The position numbers and the translations under genes are program-made. Below are positions 15,998-30,857 of a DNA stretch of 64,000 nt, in pieces. The notes below the pieces were generated by a model. The model saw only the letters and a program-made list of their open reading frames with translations. It was not told the origin of the DNA and did not search any database. This DNA comes from the human T2T-CHM13v2.0 reference genome, Homo sapiens. Each line of letters starts with the position of its first letter. Position 1 is the stretch's first letter. The DNA lies in the NCBI RefSeq assembly GCF_009914755.1, contig NC_060926.1; one strand, given 5' to 3'.

Positions 15998-16305
15998 GGC
16001 TGGGTGTGGCGGCACACTCCTTTTTTGGAGGAGCATTTTGGGAGGCAAGGTGGGCAGATTGCTTGAGTCCAGGAGTTTGAGACCAGCCTGGGAAACATGG
16101 AGAAACCCCGTCCCTACAAAAAAAAAAAAAAAAAAAAAAAGTTAGTCAGCCTGGTGGCATGCATCTGTGATCCCAGCTACTCAGGAGCCTGATGTGGAAG
16201 AAACACCTGAGCCTGGGAAGTCGAGGCTGCAGTGAATCGTGATTGCACCACTGCACCTCCAGCCTGGGCGATGGAGTAAGACCCTATCACTAAATAAATA
16301 AATAA
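15998..16305 (+). mobile_element. AluJ with expanded mid A-tract
   Basis: Alu consensus; TSD aaagttgctca / aaagttgctaa. Confidence 0.9.
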
Positions 16306-17140
16306 ACTAAATTTTTTTTAAGTTGCTAATCAAATAGGATTGGACCACAAACCCATGAGTGAGCCCAGCTAGCATTAAGTAGACCCAACCAGCCTACGCA
16401 TACATTCATAAGCAAAAAATCACTGCATATTTTATGTCATTTTGTGGTTTTATGCTATTTTGTGGTTGCTTATTTCATAGCATTATTGTGGCAATGGATA
16501 GCTGAAACAGAATTCTAGTTCAGAAAGTCTCCAATTAAAATATACCAGTAACAGGTAGTTGTGAGAGTTTGCCAGCCCTTTAGTATCCATTTATAGCAAT
16601 CTTTGGAGAGATGTAGATTTGCCTTCTCTTCTCCCACTGATGGGAGACCAGGCACAGTAGGCAATATAAAAAGAATTAGACCTGAATGTCTGGAAACCAA
16701 AGTTTTAGCTGTGGCTGTACTACTAGGTAATAGGGGCCTCAGACAAGTTAAAATAAGATAATATTAAGATTACAGTTGTTCCCAAATCTGACTATAAAAG
16801 TACTGGAGAAATTTTCCGGTGACATTGTTTTTGACATAAATTCCCAGTAGTTCCGAGGTGGTACTAGAAAAAAGCTTTTAAAAGTTGGTTATCTGCAAGA
16901 TTAGGGGTCTCAAATCCTCAGTTGTATTTGCAAGTTATTTTTACGGGTCATTCCAGATTATTTTTTATCATTCTTTTCTTTGGTGAGCTATTGGTATGAA
17001 TAAAATTACTTAGAAAATAAGTGGTGCATTAACACCAAAAAATGAATAAAGCCCCTCTCTAATGATGAATTAACCACTCCAATGTGAAAAGGTCTATGTA
17101 TTTTCTAAGTAAAATGGTGTTTACAATCTACAGTCTGGTT

Positions 17141-17717
17141 GTGGTAGGCAGAATTCTAAGATTTCCAGTCCCTGGTGTATACAAACACCTTCTCTCATTC
17201 AATCAAACACTAATCTAGGTGCTAGTGTGAAAGCATTTTATAGATGTAATTAAGCTCCCAAATCAGTTGACCTTAAAGTAGAAAGATTACAATCGCAGAG
17301 AGTCTGGCCTAATCACACGAGCCCTAAAAAGGAAACAGGTTCTTCCTGATAAAAGAGATTCAAAGCATCAGAGGACTCCACGTCAGGGAGATTATCTGAT
17401 GCTGGCTTTGAATATAGAGGGGGCCACAGGGCAAAGAATGCAGGTGGCCTCTAGGAGTGGAAAGCAGCCCCTAGATGACTGTCAGCAAGGAAATGTGGAC
17501 CTCAGTACTACAACCACAAGAAATTAAATCTTGCCACAACCACATGAGCTCCAGACAAGAAGACAGCTAAAAAAAATCTTGATTTTAGCTTTCTGGGACC
17601 TTCAGCTAAGCCATGGTCAGACTTCTGACCTATAGCAGTGTGGGATAATAAAATGGCTGTTTCTTCAAGCAGTAAAGTTTGTGGAAATTTGTTGTACAAC
17701 ATTACAAACCTAACACA
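17141..17717 (+). mobile_element. MLT1-family LTR
   Basis: tgtggtaggcagaattctaagat ... cagcaaggaaatgtggacctcag ... aaacctaacaca. Confidence 0.85.
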
Positions 17718-19945
17718 CTAATATAAAGGGTTCTGTATTTGAATTTTGGAATTTAGGAAAGCTGAGTTCCTGGATCCATTACTGTAATTGATTAGATAGC
17801 CTAAAACAAGGCAATGGCTTTCCTTAATGCCTTCCCTTAGCCTGTAGAATCCCATAACAAAGCAGCTTAATATTACACAAAGTAATATATTCAGAATTTA
17901 AATACGTCCTTAAAACAAATGTAGAAATAAAATATTCACTTTGCTTTGCTTTTCTTACATTGTGAAGAATCCCTCCTATCTGTCATAAAAATGACTTGAT
18001 TTTAATTAGGAGTCTAACAAAAAAAGTAACTATGATATTCCAAAAAAAACTCAGTCATCAGTTCTGGCAAACATTCTGTTAATAAATGATGTTATTAGTA
18101 TTTTATGTATTTAATTTTAATGATTCTGAAATAATTATCGATATTATAATTTATTATTTAAGTCTACTATTCTATAAGTAAATCTAGGTTAATCTGGCAG
18201 AAACCACTGCTCTGAACTCAGTGGAAAAAAAGGAGAGAGAGAAATCTATTCAGTTTACCTTGAAAAATTCTCTGAGCAATCTCTTTAAAGCACACGTACA
18301 AAAATTAGAATTTAGAATTTAACAATTCAGAATTTCAGCGATTTTCATTTAGAATTTCAGCAATTTACATTCTTTTAATAATTGCTTCAGTGATGATGTT
18401 ATTAAAATAAAGTACCTGCATTTGCCATGATGAAGTATCAACACAAGTCATTTGTTTTACAAAAGGTATTGGCTGCCATCTCTTGGACTGTGTGAGCATT
18501 GTGCTTCAAAAAGAATAAACAAACCCTCAGCCTTTGAAAAAATTTCTTCACAAAAGAAATCAAAAAAAGGTGTGAATAGTTGAGCAGCAAACAAATATTA
18601 ATTGTATGTATTTGATTATTTCACTTAGAAACATGACTTACATATGTGGTTAATTTTTCTTGGATGTGTTTTTAAAAGGTGTATTCAAACAGGAGGCAAA
18701 TAAATGTATACATTATCCTAATTTTAGATTTTATGTTTTTATTTAAAACATTATTTGCACAGTTTCACTTAATGATTTTTCCATCTTATTCTATAGTTAT
18801 GGCTACAACACTAGTCACTTCTCTCTTTAATATATGAGTTAAGATGCCAAGTCTGATTCCTTTCTTCTGAACCTAATTGACAGTACAAATCCTTCAGAGA
18901 TAAATAATTATGGTTTCTCACTAGAATCAAGTTTATTTTCATCTTACAGATATCATGTGGTTGAAACTAATAGGACAAAGAGAACGCTTAATTATTGATA
19001 TAAAACTAAACTACACTCATTTTACGGAAGTTAGTGATAAAAACTCACATTTCAATCTTCTCTCCATTCATGATTGATTCTGTATGGCATCTGTACATAC
19101 TTTTTAAAATTCTATAAATTAATGATTTTCTAAAAGAAGAAAGTATTTGAGAAGACTCAGTCTCTAAATATATATTTAATTTTACCTATAAGATACCTAA
19201 CGTGAAAGACTATAAAAGTAAAAACCAAAAAAATTAAAAACAAAGGCAGTTTTTCTGTCATATAAAAGGAAATTGTATCACAACCTACAAATAACCAAAT
19301 GTACATTAAATAAGTCTGTTTTTATAGTAATAACTGTGAATAAATGCAAACATCATACTCCCATCAGAGCTCACTATGTATGTGAGAAGTAGAAACCTCC
19401 CTTGGCAATTAGTAGATTGCAGTAATAGTGTGCAGTTTTGTAATAGAACATTTTGTTACTTTTTAAAACTTTGGGTTTCTATTTTTAATACGTTCTATTA
19501 AACAATTTGAGATAGTAAAAAGAAAACCATTTAATTGCTTCTGAGGTTGTGAAAACTCCTTGGGTATTTGAAATGATCTAACTTTAAAATAATTATTATT
19601 ATGTTGTTAAGAATTGAGTGTTCATGTAATTCACAATTATTTGCCTTCTCACCAGGCAGATCATCTAGGATGAAATTACAGAAAAATTAAGGAATGGTGT
19701 GTCAGATATACAAGTAGTTTTGAATTCAAATTTGATTATTTAAGTAGTAAAATTCACATTGCTTAATTTCTTAATTATCTAGGCAAAAACTTCAAGTGAA
19801 ATACCAAATATGTGGAAAGTAGAAAATATGTGAATACAAAGAGAATCCTAACTCTTGTCACCAAGAAAAGAACAGTGTTGATGTTGCTGGTTTAGAGCTG
19901 TAAAGTTGTGACACCTGGTGGATATTGTTGAAAAGGCACGTGATA

Positions 19946-20912
19946 CAGCAAAAGAAACTATTGACAAAGTAAACAGACAACCTACAGAGTAGGAGAAAAT
20001 ATTTGCAAACTATGCATCTGACAAATCTATAAGTAACTTAAAACAAATTTAGAAGAGAAAAATAACCCCTTAAATAGTGGGCAAAGGACATGAACAGACA
20101 CTTCTCAAAAGAAGACATACATGCAGCCAATGAGCACATGAAGAAAAGCTCAACATCACTGGTCATTAGAGAAATACAAATCAAAACCACAATGAGATAC
20201 CATCTCATACCGGTCAGATGGCTATTATTAAAAAGTCAAAAAATAACAGATGCTGGCAAGGTTGTGGAGAAAAGGGAACATTTATACACTGTTGGTGGGA
20301 GTGTAAATTAATTCAACCATTGTGGAAAACAGTATGGCAATTCCTTAAGAGCTAAAAGGAGAACTACCATTCCACCCAGCAATCCCATTACTGGGTATAT
20401 ACCAGAGGAATATAAATCATTCTATCATAAAGACACACGCTCATTAATGTTCACTGCAGCACTATTCACAATAGCAAAGACATGCAATCAACCTAAATGC
20501 CCATCAATCACAGATTGGATAAAGAAAATATGGTATATACACACCTTGGAATACTATGCAGCCATAAAAAAGAATGAGATAATGTCTTTTGTGGGAAAAT
20601 AGATGGAGCTGGAGGCTATTATCCTTAGCAAACTAATGCAGAAACAGAAAACCAAATACTGCATGTTCTCACTTATAAGTGGGAGCTAAATGATAAGGAC
20701 TTATGAACACAAAGAAAGAAACAACAGACACTGGGATCTACTTGATGGGAGAGGGTGTAAGAAGGGGAAGGAGCAGAAAAGATAACTACTGGGTACTGGT
20801 TTAATACCCGAGTGATGAAGTAATATGCACAACAAACCCCTGTGACACATGTTTACCTATGTAACAAACCTTCACTTGTATCCCAAAACCTAAAATAAAA
20901 GTTAAAAAAAGA
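19946..20912 (+). mobile_element. 5'-truncated L1PA (older subfamily) 3' end
   Basis: Peptide [21 protein letters not shown]; 3' UTR and A tail; 16-bp TSD gaaaaggcacgtgata 19930-19945 / gaaaaggcatgtgata 20913-20928. Confidence 0.93.
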
Positions 20913-20939
20913 GAAAAGGCATGTGATAGCCATGTGCAG

Positions 20940-21235
20940 TTAAATTCAGCAGCCAAGAGCCCCCTGTGGCCATTGAGCACTTGAGGTGCAGCCAGCCAAA
21001 ATGGAGATGTGGTATTCAAAGACCTTGTATTAAAAATATATATATATAATATCTAATAATGTTTTATATTGGTTACATGTTGAGATGATAATATTCTGGC
21101 TATATTTATTAAATAAAATATATTAAAATTGATTTCACCTGTTGCTCTCTTACTTTTTCCTATTTGGCTACTAAAAATTTTAAAGTTATATATGTGGTTC
21201 ACATTTGTGGTTTATATTTCTATTGGATAGTGCTG
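20940..21235. mobile_element. MER3/MER33-like hAT DNA transposon relic
   Basis: tggccattgagcacttga ... tatatttctattggatagtgctg terminal motif. Confidence 0.7.
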
Positions 21236-23313
21236 TGATAAAATCTAAGGCTTAAATACTATTAAGGTATAAAATTTCTCAGCGTCTTTGTTAGAATAGG
21301 AAAAAATGTATGTAATGTATGATTAACATATGGTAGACAACATTTTAACATGGCTTCCACTGGTCCACATCCTTTTATACCTCCCCACTGGGGTAGGCAG
21401 TTTCTGTGAATAGAATGGGATATCATTCCCTTCAATCAGGGTATATTGTATGGCAAAGATAAAGGGATTTCTGCAGATGTAATTAAGGTTTCTAATTAGT
21501 TGACTTTGAGTTAATCAAAAGGGAGATTATGCTGGATGGCCTGGCCTAATCAGATGATTTCTTAAAAGACACTCAAAGCAGCAGCAGACACTCACCTATT
21601 GGCCTATAAGAAGCAAACTGCCATGTTGTAGGGAAAGCCACGGCCTCCCAAAATGCTGGTGGTAGTACAGGTTTGAGCCGTCTAACCCAGCTGTGTTTCT
21701 TCTCTTGACCAGGGATTGCAAAGATGCACACCTAGGCTTCCCTCAATTGCATATTGTAATTATAGGGTGTTACACATCTCATTTTTGTTATACCTGCCTG
21801 TGTCTGCTGATATTAGGTCAATTGATCTGTTTTCTCATATCCTTGCATTTTGGATTCTTATTTTTGGAAGAGGCCTTTTTTCCCTTAAATTAGTTTTTAC
21901 TATGTCAACACATTTCCAAAATACTATAAGACCTACTTTTCTTTAAATTAATTTCTTGTTACCCTAAAGCAGAGTTAGTTGTTCTTGGCACTATAGTTTC
22001 AGAACACTTTGCAGAGTTCTGTTACAGAATTTACCATGTTGTATAGTAACTACTTCATGTCTAGATCTACCATTAAATTAAGAATAGAGGCCACACCTTA
22101 TTCAACATTGCATCCCTAATCTGTAGCAGGCAATAAAATAAAACAAAATAGAATATACTATCGACTTGAATTAAAACCTCAGTGAGCTTCATCAAAACAT
22201 TTAAAACAAACCTGCATTATTTCCAGTAGTAAACTTCCTTCCCTCTGCAATAAGCTGATTATTTCATTGGTTGAACTAGATCTACAATGGGGTGGTGTGA
22301 CAAATGGGAAATTGGGGAAGGGGAGGGAGGAGTGGGCTTGAGGTTACAATTGTTTTGTGTCGTCTTCCCCCTGCCCTCCACACCCTTATGCCTAATCAAC
22401 TAACCACTATCATTATCTAAGGTTTCAGGGCCAGAACCTCTTAAACAAGTTGTTTAAGAAGTTGTCAAAAACATGACTTTCCTGCAGGTGAATTTGATAT
22501 TTTAGATTACAGAAATTGAAAGTGAGAGTAGGTAAAAAGAAGAATATAGTTCTTAAGGGAAAGAAAAGATTAAAACTATGCTCCTATTTTCCACAGTGAA
22601 GGTCGTAAGTGTCCTTGAGGTATTTTGGTTAGCTTCACTTCTCATAACTGGTGATATTTATTTTGATAATTACAGTGTAGAAAGATTTTTTTAAAAGGGA
22701 ACATTTTCTGACTCCTATTTTATCTGAGTTATTATCTTTCTATGAGATTAGCTATTGTTTGAGCCCGTCTCAGCCAAGTTTATTGGCAATTCCAGTCTAT
22801 TTGCCAACAACTTAAGAAGCACTTATTTTAAACTAAAGTACACCCCAATCCTTAGATGAAATCCTGCCTCAGGTTCACAATGCCAAATCAATAGAATCAT
22901 TCAAATCCAAGGTTAACTCTTATCTCGGAACCAAGCTCATTCCTATTGATTAAACTTTTATTTTTGTCTTATTATGAAGAACAGAAGGACCTTGGAAGCG
23001 GCTGCAGAAAGAAAGGTGCAATACACAATCCATTTATGTCCCTTTGTAACATCCATTGATTCATATAATTTTTGCTTTCAATTTTATTCCAAATATAATA
23101 GCATGTCTCCTTGTCTATAAGAATTATTTTTTCCTGATTGATGGAGTTTTTCAAATACCAACTATTATCAGTGTTTTTTTAAAAAAATGCTAGGGGAATA
23201 AGAGGAATGAGAATAAAACAGACATGTAGCACATGAAACAGTCACAGCAGATTTCTGTAAAATTAGAGAAAAAAAAGTTTGTGAATGCTTAAAGAATTAA
23301 TCTGTTTTTCTGT

Positions 23314-23890
23314 ATGGAGAGTCCTTAAATAGCTAAAAGTAGATCAATCATTCAATCTGGCAATCCCCCTATTGGGTATCTACCCAAAGGAAAAGTCATT
23401 ATATGAAAAACACACTTGCACACATATGTTTACAGCAGCACAAATCACAATTGCAAAGATGTGGAACCAACCTAAATGTCCATTCACTAATGAGTGGATA
23501 AAGAAAATGTGGTATATATGCATGATGGAATACCACTCAGCCATTAAAAGGAACGAAATAATGTCTTTTGCAACAACTTGGATGGAGCTGTAGGCCATTA
23601 TTCTAAGTGAAGTAACACAGGAGTGGAAAATCAAAAACCATATGCCTTCACTTATAAGTGGGATCTAAGCTATGAGTAAATAAAGGCATACAGAGTGATA
23701 TAATGGACTTTAGAGACTCAGAAGTAGGAGGGTGGGAAGGGGGCTAGGGATAAAAAACCACACTTTAGGTATAATGTGCACTACTCTGATGATGGGTACA
23801 CTAAAATCTCAGAATTCACCACCATATAGTTCATCCATGTAACAAAAAGCCAGTTGTACCCCAAAAGCTATTGAAATAAAAAAAAAACAC
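23314..23890 (+). mobile_element. L1PB/L1MA 3' end
   Basis: Peptide GIYPKEK...WNQPKCP...EWIKKMWY; tail ccccaaaagctattgaaataaaaaa. Confidence 0.88.
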
Positions 23891-24502
23891 GCTGTATACC
23901 TTAAGTAAATACAATTTTGTTTTTGAAAAAATCTGTTTTTAAAAGAATTTTAGTTTACAAAACTTGGCACTAGCAAATGCTTGATGTTTTTATTCTCCCT
24001 ATTTTTCCCTTGTAGACATTTTGATATCCTTTTTATTTTGTCTATGATGACAAAAGCAAATATACAGGTAACCATAATAATAAAAGATTTATAGAGCAAA
24101 ACTAAAGTTTTTCAGAGAAGAAGAAATTCTGCCTCAAGACTGCAGTATCAACTGTTGCCTGAATTTCCATCCTTCTGCCCTGCCCTACAAATTTTCAGAC
24201 TCATCAGCCCCCAAAAACACATGAACCAATTCAAAAATAAAGAAACTAATTAATTAATTTTATTTCCCTGGAGAACCCTCACGGATAAAATAGGTATGAA
24301 TGGTATTTTCTCCTACAAACAGGTATGCAAGAAATATCAAATTTCTTTTATTTTATTTAAATCAAATTAATTCCAACTCCAAGTGTCCATCACACAGGCC
24401 AGCAGGAAATTCAACCTAGGTCCTAAGAGGTCACAAGCACCCTTTCATCTTTCACTATCATGTTCTCCTTTGATATCTCATTTTCCAAGGTCACTTAGTC
24501 CC

Positions 24503-24937
24503 TGCTATAATTTCAATAGTTGTACCCTCCAAAATTCATGTTGAAATTTAATCCACAATGTGGCAGTGTTGAGAGGTGGGTCCTTTAAGAGGTGAATGGG
24601 TCATGAGGGCTCTGCCTTCATAAATACATTAATATATTCATGAATCAATGGGTTAAAAGGTAAATGGATTACTAGGTTATCATGGGATTGGAACTTGTGG
24701 CCTTATAAGAAAAGGAAAAAAGACCTGAGCTACCATGTTAGCACATTCAGCCCCCTCACCCTGTGCCACTTTGAGACTCTGCAGAGAGCCCCCACCAGTA
24801 AGAAAACCCTCACCAGATGCAGCCCCTCAACCTTGGACTTCTCAGCCTCCACAACCATAAGAAATAAATTCCTTTTCTTTACAAATTATCCAGTTTCAAG
24901 TATTCTGTTATAAGCAACATAAAACAGAGTAATATAG
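24503..24937 (+). mobile_element. MST/MLT1A-family LTR
   Basis: ccctccaaaattcatgttgaaatttaatcc ... ttggacttctcagcctcc ... tctgttataagcaaca. Confidence 0.85.
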
Positions 24938-25454
24938 TCAGTCCCTAAAGGAAGACAGCTCTGCTCATCCTATGTCAAACCTCAGTGCAGGAATATTTGT
25001 CAAAGCAGACAGTCCCGTTGCCCTGGGCCCAGGAGAAACACAAAGTAAAACCACTCAAATGTCTTGCCAGTTCCTGCGGTTACTGTCAGGGAATATAGTG
25101 TAGATCACCACTATTCTTGGGAGTCATAAACCTCTAGTCTCAGTTTTGGAGAATTAATCTTCCCTCACTCATTTCCATCAAAGGAATTCAGCTTTCTCCT
25201 CTATCCTGAATATTTTTCAGAAGCTCTCTCCATTAAACAAAATCCAAGAAGGCAAGCTATTGACAAGCAACATCTCCTTTCTATCAAGTAATAAAAATTC
25301 GTCTTGAGAAAGAACAAAGACAAAATTTTCTACCAGTAATGGAGTATAAACATTAGAGGAACAAAATTCAATGTATCAAAAAATGATCATATTCAGTGAT
25401 ATGTTAACCAACAAGTTCTGTGGGAAAGAGGAGGGAAAAAGAACTCTAATTTGT

Positions 25455-25765
25455 AGGATTTGCCTGCTTCCATGTTGTAAATGTTCCCATTGCAGTTGAT
25501 TTCAAGCTAACCATGTGACATCACTGAACACAGAGTTGGAAAGAGATGTTCAGTAGCACATAATTATGTAATATACCTACTACATAGATACAATAGACAT
25601 AACCTCAAGAGCATGGATATGCTGATATGTATTACCTTTGTTAACAATACAAATTATTTTCTTGTACATTTGAATAATTTTAGTTTTTTAATAATGGCTT
25701 TTTCATGGCTGGGGCACACAATTTCTGAAAATTTATCAATCCACTTTTATGAACCAATACTAGCT
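25455..25765. mobile_element. MER63-like DNA transposon relic
   Basis: gatttcaagctaaccatgtgacatcactgaacacagagttggaaagagatg motif. Confidence 0.55.
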
Positions 25766-25867
25766 ACAAAAAATGTCAAAAGTCAAATGGCAAGCTGCAG
25801 TACAACACTGATCTTAACCACACAATGAAAGACCACAAGCATGACTTTGATAAGAACACTGTTGCTG

Positions 25868-26270
25868 TGCTGTGAATGTCTGTATTCCTCATTCACATTG
25901 AATTCACACTGAATTCACAAAAATTCACCTTGAAACTTAAACCCCAAGTTGATGGTATTTAGAGGTTGGGCCTTTTGGGCAATGATTAAGTCATGAGGTC
26001 TCTGCCATCATGAATGGGATTAATGCCCTTATAAAAGAGACTTCACAGAGTTGCCTGGCCCTTCCATCTGTTTTGCAATGTGAGAACACAGCATTGTCTC
26101 TTCTGCCATGTGAGGACACAACAACAAGCAAAGAGCACCAGAGGCTGGTGCCTTGACCTTGGACTTCCCAGCCTCCAGAACTGTGAGAAATAAATTTCTG
26201 TTATAGTCTATTATTTATAAATTATCTGTCTGTGGTGTTTTGTTATAGCAGCAGGAATAGACTAAGACTA
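25868..26270 (+). mobile_element. MST/MLT1A-family LTR
   Basis: gggattaatgcccttataaaagaga ... ggacttcccagcctccagaactgtgagaaataaat ... gactaagac. Confidence 0.85.
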
Positions 26271-26858
26271 CCTGTGTAATGAAAATTGGCTCAGCCTCTG
26301 CAAACAAGGGAAGTAGACCTAAAGTTTTTTTTCACCTCTTCAGGACAGACAGACAAATCTAGCCTGCTCAAATGAGAACAGCCACCCAGGCCATGAGATC
26401 AACTTGTTGCTTACTATTTATAACAGCTGCACTCAAACTTCTTGCTCTCATGACCATTTTGAACTCTTAAAAATATTGGGAAACCAAAGAGCTTCTGTTT
26501 ATGAGAGTTAATCTCTCAATACTTGCCATATTAGAAATTAATTCTGAAATGTTTCATTAATATTTATTCATTTTTAAATAACAGTAGTAAACCTATTAAA
26601 TAGGTTGACATGTTTAGTACATTTATATTTACATAAGAGCATATTTTATGAAAAATAACTATATTTTCCAGAAAAATAAAGTAATAAGAAAGGTAGCATT
26701 GTTACACAATTTTTCAAATCTCTTTAATGTCTCTCTTAATAGAAAACAGCTGGAAAATGGATTAAGATAGTCTAATAGTCCATGAGGATCTGAATATTTT
26801 CAACAACCACTTAAGTGAACTTAGAAGTGGATCTTCCCCTATTCAAGTCTTCAGATAA

Positions 26859-27241
<383 letters not shown>

Positions 27242-30200
27242 AAAGACCAGATTTCTGACAGACAAAAAGTAGAAGATGATAGATGTTTGTTGTTTTAAAC
27301 CAATGAGTTTCGGGGAATTCATTACATTGCCATTGAGAACTAATACAAATGGAATAGTTGCTCAACACTCATTTATTTATTCAGTGAATGTATATGTTGA
27401 ATGTGTGTGTACCAGTTACTTTAAGAGGAGAGGAGAAGCAGATGTGACTCTGACATGGGCCCTCTACCCTTAAGGAACCAGTCTGATGAGGGAGATAAAT
27501 AGGAAAACAGATGGCATACAATATCTATAATGCAAATATAGGAACATAAGACTATAAAAAGGAAAATAACTAACTCTATTTGAGAAGGTTTCACTAACTA
27601 CCATTTGGAATAGTTAATAAAGGTTGAGCACGTTTAAGACTCTGGCAAGTGGCACTGATTCAATAGGAGCTGCTACTTCAGGAATCAAACCAAGGAGTCT
27701 ACATGTAATCATTTCTGAACCACCTACATGCAGTTATTAGATAAAGCCATGAGAGGAAATAAGATTTCTTCAAAAAAAAGCATATGGAGAAAACCCAAAA
27801 CTTAAAGACTCATGCAGGTGAAATATGAGAAGACAATACTTGATTGATTTGATAATAAATATGATGTCACGCAGTGTTTGCCAGAGACGACTTTGAGGGG
27901 AAAAAAAAAAGGCGATTGAAAAAGCTTGCTGAAGGAGATCATTTTAAGAATTGTTTAAATTATGTATAGAAGATGTTTGCCCATACAAATAAGAAGGAAA
28001 ATTACTCCCCATCCCCTATGGTAAAAATGGTGAATCACAGTTTTTACATAGTAAAAATGATGTTTTTAATATTAAGAAATTTAACATCTGAAATCAGCAA
28101 AATTGACTGTTATATCTTGTTAATATCTCAAGTTAATATCATATGCAAAAACTGGAGTTGTTTTTTTAAATAAACTTTATGGACAGAAAAATGTATAATT
28201 TTCTAAGTTAATTTAAAACTACAAAACAAAAATTTTTGCAGTTATAAGTTAATCACTTTTTAAGAAAACAATTTCACTAAGGTATATCAAGCAGAGTATC
28301 AAGAAGAAAGTTGATAAATACTGGTCAAACTGAAAACCAAACACTAGCAAAGTCTGTGCTACCTAATGAGTTAAAAACCTGGACTTTGAAGTAGGAAGAG
28401 GGTCCTGGCTCTTCTACTTAAAAAGTGACTCTAGACAATTAATGTAAGCCTCAGTTTTCTAACAAAAACAGAGATTATCATAACTATACCTTCAAAACCA
28501 AGTTTTCAGAACTCATACTAGGTAAGATGTGTGAATACACCTTGAAACATTTAACTCATTATATGATTCTTGTAGTTATCCAGGAAACGATATCACAAAT
28601 AGCCATTAAAACTAATTTTCATATTACAGCAATTTAAAAACTTACTTTCTATTTAACCAACAAAAAGGGTATCTTGAGTTTTAGCCTTGATATATGGCAG
28701 TAAAACACAAATTACAAATTGGATTTGCAAATAAATGTCAGAAAAACTTCCCTGATTTTTCATCTGAAATTATTTTATTTGGAGGATCTGGTACATTTCC
28801 ATAGGAAATTAATAACTTGATCAAAGCCATGAAATAAGGTTTGTTGCATTTATTTAGTCTCCTTTTACACAATGGCTTTTCCAAATCTGTGTGTGCTACT
28901 TTTGCCCCACAATGTGAAAAGGAGACCATTAACTGCAGGATACCATTTGCTGTGTAGATTTTTGGGTCTTGTTTGCACTTGACATTTGAATTAATATATC
29001 CCAATTCTCCCTCCAATTTACTTGTACATTTATTGTAGTTGGTTAAAAGAAAAAAAACTGCAGGTAAGTCAGGCAATAAACTCTGAGTTAGTAGGCCATT
29101 TATCTTCTGTAATAAATAGGAGTCAGAAAGTTGCACAGAAAATTGGGCTATAGCATTCAATAAGGCATTCAGTAATGAATCAACGTGTTACTTCCTCCAC
29201 CCTATTCTGTAGGCCTCAATGAAGTAACAAAAATGTTTTTCCTCTAACAAAAGTTAGTAGTATATTCCTTTTTTAAAAAGTCCTTTCCTCACAAGAACAC
29301 ATAGAAAAGGATATATTTAAATATATTAAAAACACCAATTAGGATGATTTTCTCTAGCAGTACTCAATAGGAGATGAAAGGAAAGGAGAGAAAAGGTAGA
29401 CTGTGGAAAGACAGATCAAAAGGAGGGAAAGATGACTTTACATGGGCTCAGAATGCATCCCAGTAAGTTTGTAAGTTACTACAATCCCTGCCCCCTTACT
29501 TTTGGCCAATGACCACTTCAAAAAAAACAGTCAACTATTGAAAGAAACTCACCTCTGCTTACATCTACCTACAAATACCTATATTTTTGTCCATTCATAC
29601 TCCATTTCCTCTTATCTCACAGAGACTGGTACTTTCTTCACTTTCCTAACGAGAACACCTCTCTCTATGTTCTCTATCTTTTCTTCTCCCTCCCTGATTG
29701 TGCTTTGTCAATAATTCAGTTATAATTTCTGCATCTCGGCTACCTTCAACTTCTCAATCTATAAACACATTCAAGCTCCCCACAATCTTAAATATATCTT
29801 TTCTTACTTTTTGTCATTCCCACAATCTACTTTAACAGCCAATATCCTTAAGTCATTTATATTTACTGTTCCCACATTCTATTTGATTGTTCCACCCATT
29901 ATAATACGGCTTCCATCACCATCAACTCCAATCAAGTTCATCTCATTTAAGCCACCCAGTGTCCTTCTAACCACACCCAAAGGGCTTCTTCAATTGTATC
30001 ATGATCATTTTCCTATAGGATTTGACACCATTTCTCTTCTGAAAACTCTTCCTTCTTGGTTTTCTCAACACAACTCTTTCCTTATCTCCCTTCTACTTCT
30101 TTGTTAACTCCTTGTCTTTTCTTCTTCAATGTCTTCTTCAATGTCTTTGTGTTAATTATCTATTACTGTGTAACAAATTATCCTAAGACTTAGTGGCTTG

Positions 30201-30857
30201 ACACAAAAAGAATCAAATACCTAGGAATACAGCTAACCAGAGAGGTAAAAAGTCTGTACAATAAAAATTATAAAACACTGCTCAAAGAAATCAGATGTGA
30301 TACAAATATATAGGAAAACATTCCATGCTCATGGATAAGAAGAATCAATATCATCAAAATGGCCATACTGCACAAGCCAATATATAGATTCAATGCTATT
30401 CCTATTAAACTACCAATGACATTCTTCATGGAACTAGAAAAAAACTATTTTAAAATTCATATGGAATCAAAAAAGGGAAAAAATAGCCAAGGTGATCCTA
30501 AGCAAAAAGAACAAAGCTGGAGGAATGATGTTACCCAACTTCAGACTATACTACAAGGCTACAGTAACCAAAACAGCATGGTACTGGTACAAAAACAGAC
30601 ACACAGACCAATGGAATAGAATAGAGAGCCCAGAAATGAGGGTGCATGCCTACAACCATCTGATCTTCAACAAAGCTGACAAAAACAAGCAATGGGGAAA
30701 GGATTTCCTATTCAATAAATGGTGCTGGGATAGCTGGCTAGCTATATGCAGAAGATTAAAACTGGACCCCCTCCTTACACCATATACAGAAATTAACTCA
30801 CGATGGATTAAAGACTTAAATGTAAAACCCAAAATTATAAAAACCCTAGAAGACAAC

